Assembly: GCA_964543385.1 (NCBI GenBank)
Contig: CAZIYE010000001.1
Location: 480,001 to 512,000 of the forward strand
Source of the DNA: an uncultured Candidatus Saccharibacteria bacterium
Lineage (GTDB): Bacteria > Patescibacteriota > UBA1384 > XYA2-FULL-43-10 > 1-14-0-10-43-13
Direction of reading: 5' to 3'
DNA: 32,000 bases
Below are positions 7,754-16,100 of the stretch, in pieces. A program made the translations under genes and the position numbers. The notes under the pieces were generated by a model, which was not told the DNA's origin, did not search any database, and worked only from the letters and a program-made list of their open reading frames with translations. Each line of letters begins with the position of its first letter. The first letter of the stretch is position 1.

Positions 7754-8863
7754 ATGAAGATTACAATCTTACAATCAAATTTCTCAAAAGCGCTGTCACA
7801 GATTTCCAGGGTAGTGGGGAATAGAACTACTCTACCTGTTTTGAGTAATGCTCTTATCGTGGCAGAAAAAGGAGGAATCAAGATTTCCGCGACCGATCTA
7901 GAGGTTGGAATTACTACACATACAACGGGCAAAATTGAAGCAGAAGGAAAAATCACTCTTCCTGCAAGAATATTGTCTGACTTTATTAATAATAATAAAG
8001 ATCAATCCATTTCAATCACTACTAGCGGAAACATAGCTACTTTAAAGTCAGAAAGGTTTGAAGCAGTAATACATGGAATTTCGGCCGAGGAATTTCCTAC
8101 TGTTCCTGAGTCACAGGATGCCCCCTTCATCTCTATCGAGAAAGAAATATTTTTAAGCGCCTTAAAAAAAGTTATAATAGCTCCCGCTCTTGATGAAACT
8201 AGACCTGTTCTAGCTGGCTTGTTCTTCTCTTTTAGTAATAAGGAATTGATTTTAGCAGCAACTGATTCTTATCGGCTTGCTGAGAGCAAAATAAAACTTC
8301 AGAAACCAATTGAGGTCAAAAAAGTTATTGTTCCAACCAGAACCATGAATGAGGTAGCTAGAATATTAGGCAATAGCGATACTGCTAAAGAGGTATTGTT
8401 ATATTTAACAGAGAACCAAATATCATTTAAGATAGGTGATACACAGATAGTCTCTAGATTAATAGAGGGAGCATTCCCAAATTATACCCAAATTATTCCA
8501 TCGTCTTCTAAAATAAAAGCTAAAACAGATTTGAGCGAAATGGTCTCGGCAGTAAAAATGTCAGCTCTTTTTGCTAAAGATTCCGCAAATAATAATATTC
8601 GTTTTACTATTAAAGATAAGATTTTTACTGTTTCCTCCACTGCAACACAGGCCGGTAGCGCAAAATCGACTATCAAGGCTGATATTGTCGGAGACGATCT
8701 CGAAATTGCTTTTAACGCTAAATATGTATTGGATGTTCTTGGTATTTTCCCTCAAGGTTCTATAACAATAGAATTCAATAATAATGCCTCTCCGTGCTTG
8801 GTTAAGACCGAAAAAGATGCAAACTTTATATATATCATTATGCCGTTAAAACTTGAGTCATAA
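7754..8863 (+). CDS. dnaN: DNA polymerase III subunit beta (sliding clamp); start corrected from 7721 to 7754
   Basis: MKITILQSNFSKALSQISRVVGNRTTLPVLSNALIVAE..., C-term ALYIIMPLKL-type ending (NFIYIIMPLKLES); RBS-like AAAGGA before 7754. Confidence 0.97.
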   Translation: MKITILQSNFSKALSQISRVVGNRTTLPVLSNALIVAEKGGIKISATDLEVGITTHTTGKIEAEGKITLPARILSDFINNNKDQSISITTSGNIATLKSERFEAVIHGISAEEFPTVPESQDAPFISIEKEIFLSALKKVIIAPALDETRPVLAGLFFSFSNKELILAATDSYRLAESKIKLQKPIEVKKVIVPTRTMNEVARILGNSDTAKEVLLYLTENQISFKIGDTQIVSRLIEGAFPNYTQIIPSSSKIKAKTDLSEMVSAVKMSALFAKDSANNNIRFTIKDKIFTVSSTATQAGSAKSTIKADIVGDDLEIAFNAKYVLDVLGIFPQGSITIEFNNNASPCLVKTEKDANFIYIIMPLKLES

Positions 8864-8869
8864 CTCTAA

Positions 8870-9913
8870 ATGTTAAAAAATGTTATTTTAGAAAATTTCC
8901 GCAATCATTCTAAATATGAAATTGATTTAGGAAACACAACTATTTTGATAGGTCCAAATGGCATTGGTAAAAGTAATATATTAGAAGCCATTTCGGTTTT
9001 ATCTTCTTGCCGTTCTTTTCGAGAGGAAGATAAAAAAAATCTAGTATCAAACGAAGAGGATTTCTGCCGTATAAGAGGTGATAATCTTGAAGTCTTTATA
9101 CAAAAGAATCCCACGCTTTTGCTCAGAGCTAAAGAGAACGGAATATTTAAAAAAAAGTCATTATTCATAGGACTATTAAGAAGTGTTGTCTTTTCTCCCG
9201 AGACAATGTTATTGGCGACCGGTAGCCCAAGAACGAGAAGGCGATTTTTAGATTTGATGATATCTCAAAGAAATCAGGAATATCTTCGTGCCCTGATTTC
9301 TTACGAGAAAATTAGAGCACAACGCAACTCTCTTCTTCAGAGAATTAAAGAGAGGCAGGCTAGTGATAAAGAATTATCATTTTGGGATGATGGTTTAATT
9401 GCAGAAGGGACCACCATTATTAGGGAGAGAGAAGGGGCTGTTTCTCTTTTGAACAGCCTTATCAGTGATATCTATGGTAATATTTCTGGTGTAAAAGACG
9501 ACTCCTTATCAATTATATATCAGAAAAGTGAAGGATTTGAATATAACATTAGGGAATGTCATCAAAAAGAGATTTGGCAAGGCTGCACGCTTTTTGGTCC
9601 TCATCGTGATGATTTTATTATTAGTTTAAACGGATTGAACATAGCAAACTTTGCTTCGAGAGGTGAAATAAGAAGTGCAGTTCTAGCAATCAAAATTGCT
9701 GAGTTGGAATTTCTGAAGATAGGAAATAATAGCTCCCCAATTTTGCTTCTAGATGATGTATATTCGGAATTTGATGAAGAACGAAGAGAACATCTTAACC
9801 AGATAGTAAAAAACTACCAAAGTGTTGTTACTACAACTGATATGAGTCATTTATCTAAACAATTATTAGACAATGCTAAGATAGTAGAAATGAGTAAAAG
9901 TGGAAAAAATTGA
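8870..9913 (+). CDS. recF: DNA replication and repair protein RecF
   Basis: LENFRNHSKYEIDLGNTTILIGPNGIGKSNILEAISVLSSCRSF; GPHRDDF; LLLDDVYSEFDEERR. Confidence 0.97.
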   Translation: MLKNVILENFRNHSKYEIDLGNTTILIGPNGIGKSNILEAISVLSSCRSFREEDKKNLVSNEEDFCRIRGDNLEVFIQKNPTLLLRAKENGIFKKKSLFIGLLRSVVFSPETMLLATGSPRTRRRFLDLMISQRNQEYLRALISYEKIRAQRNSLLQRIKERQASDKELSFWDDGLIAEGTTIIREREGAVSLLNSLISDIYGNISGVKDDSLSIIYQKSEGFEYNIRECHQKEIWQGCTLFGPHRDDFIISLNGLNIANFASRGEIRSAVLAIKIAELEFLKIGNNSSPILLLDDVYSEFDEERREHLNQIVKNYQSVVTTTDMSHLSKQLLDNAKIVEMSKSGKN

Positions 9914-10175
9914 TAAAATACTAAGCAGTGTCTTAGCTAAAAAAGGGCTTGCTAAGGCCGCACAGGGCGCAATGGTGTGTTTTTATGCTAAGGAATGGGG
10001 AAAGGGACTATTTGAGCCTATTTCATTCCAAAATGGTACTTTGAAGATCTCCGTCTGTTCATCTCCTGCTGCTTCAGAAATTCACATAAAAGAAGCTGAG
10101 TTAATAGATTTCTTGAATAACAAACTATCAAAAAGATCAGTACGTTTCCTGAGAATCGTAGTTAAGAATAGTTAA
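9900..10175 (+). CDS. DciA/DUF721-like protein (GTG start, overlaps recF)
   Basis: Small protein after recF ending in SVCSSPAASEIHIKEAELIDFLNNKLSKRSVRFLRIVV, typical of the DUF721 C-terminal pattern. Confidence 0.65.
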   Translation: MEKIDKILSSVLAKKGLAKAAQGAMVCFYAKEWGKGLFEPISFQNGTLKISVCSSPAASEIHIKEAELIDFLNNKLSKRSVRFLRIVVKNS

Positions 10176-10187
10176 GAGCTATCTGAG

Positions 10188-13100
10188 CTAGAATCCGATA
10201 TGGGTCCAGGCAACTGTTTGAGGATTTTGCCATATGCCCATGCGGGTATCACTTTCACATCCGTTACCTTTTTTTGATCCACAAATACCACCGCATGAGA
10301 TTGAGTCGTTTCCTAATCTGGGCTGGCACATATTCACCGTTATCATCCCTGCTTGATCAAAATAATCTACATCTTCTTTTCGGCCTGTCATAATCTGGAT
10401 TGGATATATCGGCTCATTGTCAGTTGTATTATATTTCTCGTAATTTTGGATCCTCATCATATTTTCTATCAATTTTCTTGCCTTATTCTGAGAAGCCTCA
10501 ACCATTTTCTTTTTGAGTAGTTCGTTTATGTTGTTATTTTGCTTGATTTGTCCGCCCCATACTCCCATACCAGTTGTATCATTTATCTTTGGCTGAGGAG
10601 CTTCAATCTTTGGATAATATCCATCAGCAGTACAGTAATAGTAAATTTTTTGACCCAAAAGATATCCTGCCAAAGCTATAACTACTGCTGCTGTCCACCC
10701 CACCGGACCAAGACCAAGCAAAGGCGCGACCACGAGATTATAAACAGCCACAGTTATCAAAGGAGTCAGGGTGCCAGGGATCATTCCCAAGCTATCTTCT
10801 ACTCCCGCGATTTGCTTGTCTAAAAGCTTTTCTACTGCAATTGATACAATTTTGTATACCACTAATGTTTCCGCAGCAGTAAAAGCTTGTTTTGCTGCAT
10901 CTTTGGCTTCTGCTAAGTCAGAGATCTTATTTAATTCCATAAACTCTTTAGCGTTGCTCGACAGTTGAGCAATATCTTTCACTCTTGAAATCTCTTCATA
11001 TATCTTCCAAGACTTATAAAGATCATAACCAAGTTTAAATATTTCAAGAGACTGTCCAGCTTTAAGGCCCAGTGTTTTATCTGCCCAAGTAAAAAGCTTT
11101 GTCGTAATAACAGTAGTTAATACCCCCCCCACAGTTGGCAGAGACATAGTTGAACCATCAGCTACAATTGTATTATGTGTTGTGCTATCACCTTTAACAA
11201 TGTTATCTAGAGTTATTGATTTCAAGCCCCAGTCGCCGGTACCGACACCGACAAGAAGTCCTTTGGCCAAATCTCCACTTATTGGGAAGCCAAACCATTC
11301 CTCGGAATTATCTGAGAGGAAGTTGCTGAAGAAATCAAATCCATTACCACTTGCAAACGTTGTAAAGGCATCTTTATCTCCGGCCACAAAATCCTTAGCA
11401 AATTTTGCTACCTGGATCCATTCGTCGACATTTTTAATTGCCTCAAAATTTTTGCCTAGTAAATGGCCATTTGTAAGGCCTGTTTTAATATATCTGGCAA
11501 GGGCAGCTGCCTTTATCTCAGCATTACCCTGAAGCAGGTCTCTGGCCATGCCTGGGTAAGAGTTCTCGTCTAATTTCCAAAGAGCAATATCGAGCATCTT
11601 GAATTGGAGATTATCCAAAGAAGCTTTTCTTATTGATTTCTGTACCGTTGTTAGTAATTCTCCATTTTTGGGAGTAAAGTTTGCACCGCTTGGTTGATAA
11701 TAAGATTCTGGATTAGAAAGTCTGTCCAATCTGCCTTCTGGGTCTCCATTGTTTTTATTATATTCAGAAACACATTTATTATATTGGTCTCCACTCGCTT
11801 GGTTGGTCGATTTCTGGCAGGCCGCTGGAGCGGCTGCATTATTGCTCACAATGCTTGTATTTAACTCGTCGATCTTACTTTGCAAATTCTCCGGCGAATA
11901 ATTATATTGTTCATCAACTTGATTAGTTACTGATGTTGAAGTCGATGTTTCAGTATAATTTTTCCCCAGAGAATCGATCAAGGCATCACCGAAATTGCCG
12001 CTACCTGTTTTTGGGCAATTATCACCATTACATACCTTTCTTGTTTCCGGATTACTGTAAATACCATTAACATCAACCCAAGCCGCCCTCTGATATGCTT
12101 CGACATCAGGCGCCCCTATTATAGAAGTTTTTATGTCATCATAGGCTATGCGCATCTCTTGTGGAATTGCAGTCTTACACTCGTCGTCTCCATTTGCTGA
12201 GCAGTGACTTTTCCTTATATTGTCTATAGGAGCCATAACATAATTAACTCCTAGAGAAATCGCTGCAATTTGGAAATACTTCATATCCCCACTAACTAGA
12301 TTAGCGATATCTTCCAAAGGCATATCAACGCCGACTCTTATCTCTTTATTATTGTAATTTGCCTTAACGTTATATATAAAATCGTGAATTTTATCACTCA
12401 ATACTTCTTTACCCCATGCGACGATGTCCTCTTTAAACGATCCGTCAACATTTCCCGAAGGATTTTGGGAGATTGCGGCCTTGCAGATATTATATCGATC
12501 GTTGATCTCCTTGCTGAGGGTGGTTCTGGCCTGTTGGACTTCAGTGAGCGCAACCTTTAAATCTTCCTGCCATTTTTTATATTCGCTAGAGTTAATATAA
12601 TCATCCGTTTTTTGCCCATTCTTTGAAACAGGCTTCTGTTTTTCAAGTTCGGCAAGCTTGGCTTCTGCATTATGCAGACTAGTATCAAGCGGCGATACGG
12701 TAGGGTCCGAACTTGCTTCATTTAAACAGTCTTTTGTCTGTCCTGTCGGGCCAAAAGAAACATGAACAACGCGACTATACAATCCCGTAAAAGAAGCAGC
12801 TTTTGAAGAATCAAGCCCAAATTGGTAGTCTATTTTCTGCGCACCAATTTCCATCAAAATAGTTCCTGAGTTCATTGGATCAGCAATAATTCTTTGGAAG
12901 GTTCCCTCAGGCAAGTTTGCTCTTTCATCAAGCTGAAAAGTGAATATCTGATTTAAATGATCATATAACTTATCCCACTTCCCATACCATTCGTCTGTTG
13001 CCGAACCAGTTCGACAAACTTTTTGTCCGTCGGTTTCGATTATTTTCCCCTGGCACTTGAAAATATTATTTAAGTTCTTAACAAGAGTAAGAGCTGTCTC

Positions 13101-16100
13101 TGACTGATTTTGGTCTAAACCAAGGCTTTCTCCTATTTTGCTACCAACAAGTTTCAATCCTGTTTGTTCGCCAACTAGTTGATTGTATTTATCTGGAGTC
13201 ATACTATTCAAGCCAGCCAAGAGGTCATAAGTAGAGTTTGAGCTTATACCAAACTGTTTATCTAAATAATTCAACTGCTGATAAAACTCTATATTCCCAG
13301 AATTATTTTGTTGACTCTTGCCTGCAACAGCCAGTGCAGATTTCAGTCGATCTTTGATTTTTTGATCGATATTGTTAATTGCAGTAAGGGCCGGGCCATT
13401 TATAACCAACGATCCCCTTAAATGATTTTGAATTTGCCGTGCTTTGTATTCGGCGCCAGTATTTTTAATTTTCTTGGCATAGCTATCGCCAAAGATATCT
13501 ACCAGGGATTTCTCATCAAAAATTTCTTCACCATTATCATCAGAGAGGGGAATGTTGAAAGATAGAGCGATATTGATAGCGCGGGACCTATCAAAGGCTT
13601 CACCGAATGTTGCCCCAAAGAATGTTCCTCTTGGAAGATTCAATGATTGCTCAACTTTTGATTGTCCGAAGTTCGATACAAAATCACTAATTTTTTCGCC
13701 TTTTAGCGGGAAATAATCTAGGCCGATTAAGCTTCCAAGTATAGATCCGCCAACTTGATTTAGAGTACAGTTTCTTGATATTTGGTCTTTTGCATTAAAT
13801 ACCGATAGGACGGTCCCGGGCTTTAAATTTAGCTCCTGATCGATATAGTTAGTACTTATTCTGTATAACGATGTAAAATCACCGCCAAGGACATTGTAGA
13901 GGTCGTCGGGCCCAAATAATGATGGGTCAATGTTTAGGCCTGAAGCATCAAAAATTTTATAGTTAATTACTTTTTCTGCAACTGCTCTACCAACTAATAG
14001 TTTGTAATTGGGAACTGGTAAATTTGTGCTGTCTTTGATAAACAATTTACTTAGAATCTTTTTATCAATATTATTTTTATTGCCTATAGCATCGATAAGT
14101 TGTTGGGTTTTTTCTTTATTATTTCCAAATGCATATTGTACATTTTTATCAGTGATAAAAGACAACAGGTTATTTCTAATATCAGAGATTTGTGACTTAT
14201 CACTCGCACTGTCTGCTAATCTTTGGGCTAATTCCTCCAATATATTGCCATATCTTTGGTCTTTGTTAATCAGTGAATATCGCTGGGCTTCTTCGGGGCT
14301 TTTGAAACAATGACGACCCTTCTTGTCGTAATAACAGAAGGAGTTATTCTCTAGGCTGGTTTCATTTATCGAGAATCCATCCTGTTTAGTATAAGAAACA
14401 GGGCATTGATTGCTATCAGATGCGGTATCAGCATAAGGGTTTACAAATACATAGTCTGGGTTTAATACATCGTCGTTATATTGATCAAGCTCGCTAGGTA
14501 AGATCTTGCCGCTTACTAATTTTGTATAAATATCAAGAACATTCTTGCTTATCTTTAGATTGTTCTCGAGCAAATTTTGTTCATCGCTAGACAGATTTAC
14601 AGAGTAAAGATTCTTGTCCTTAGTAAATAGTGACTTCGTATCACCGTCTTCTAGGCCAAGAAGATTATCAATAGACAGGGCCTCTGAAAGTGCTTTTTGC
14701 CATGCCAAAACACCTCCAGATTTTAGTGCTTCGTAGTTTCCGCTACCAAGCCCTAATCGCATCATCAAGTCGCTTTCAGCAGATTTTAATGCATCGTTAA
14801 ATCCTCTATCCTTAATATTTTGAACGATACTATCAGTATTAAAACTGTTTGCATTTGTCTTGCTGCCAAATTGTTCAATTATTTTGTCTTGTTTTTGCTT
14901 CCAATTGTCTCTTGCTGAGGCAACCAATAAATCGTAATCAGGCCAGTTTTCAGCCTGCATCTGGCTCAAAACGTTTAATAATTTATTGCTACTATTAATA
15001 CCCGTTATATCGGTAGGTAATTCCCCCAGCGGCGATTTGGCTTTATTCAATTTACTTGCCAGGTAACTGTTTACTGCTTCATCAATCTTAGTTTTGTCTG
15101 CATACTTTAATAATTCTGAGGCATTTGTAGCAAAATCAGCCATTGTAGAGACCGAATTCTTTTCCTGAAAATAGAATGGTGGCATCGAAAAGACTTCCTC
15201 AATCTTAGCTTGGCCGATAGACTTGAAGAACGCGTCACTTCCCCCCATTCCTTTTTTCTCGAAATTCTCAACTAAATATAAGAGAGAGTTACTTGGTAAA
15301 CCAAGCTTTGATTCTGCCATATTGGCACCAAATGAGATAAAAAGATCAGTCGGCGATACATTACCTGCCAAGAACCCAAATATTAGAGAGGAGGCCTTAA
15401 ACGGCGAGATATTATTATTTCCTCCTCCGCTATCATTGCTAGTCAGATCCATACTATTTATTTGAGAAAGTTTAAGGGAGTCCGAAGTTGGTATCTCTCG
15501 GCCGGATATGATTTCAGAAGATATCCTAAGGAGTTCGTTGGCATTAAAGATAATAGAATTCAGTTCATCAATCTTGTTATTTGCCTCTGCCTTGGCGGTG
15601 GTGAAGTTCTTAATTGAATCTAGCTGGGTGACTATAGAGTCAATCTGGCTTGTTGCAGAACTCATTTTCTCCCACGTATTTTGTATTTTTATTGTATTTG
15701 CATCACTAGATTCAAAAACATTTTTGAGATTACTAATTAAATCATTAATTTCAGTATATGTATTCTCGAAACCTGAATCCTTGCTTGCAAAGATTTTCCA
15801 ATCACCCTTAATATCAGCCAATAATTTTTGTGCCTGATTCAATCTTGATGTATAAAATGCGATAGTACTGTTGCTAATTCTTAATTCTGGATTCGTGTTT
15901 AATAAATCTATTTTGGTTTTGTCTTCTTTGTTGATTAATTTGTTTGCAACACCTGTATATAAAATTTGTGAACCGATCCTCTTGAAGACGGGGCTATTAT
16001 TAGCTGTAGAACAACCAAAGATCCTTTGCAGGTCAAGTTTCTCGAGCCCAGCTAGCATGGACTTTTCTTCTGTCACAATAAAATCATCAGTTCGTGTTTC

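Noticed and set aside
7477-7956. Minus-strand 159-aa ORF across the oriC region and the dnaN start
   Set aside because: It overlaps the DnaA-box-rich intergenic region and the 5' end of dnaN; its hydrophobic composition reflects AT-rich sequence.
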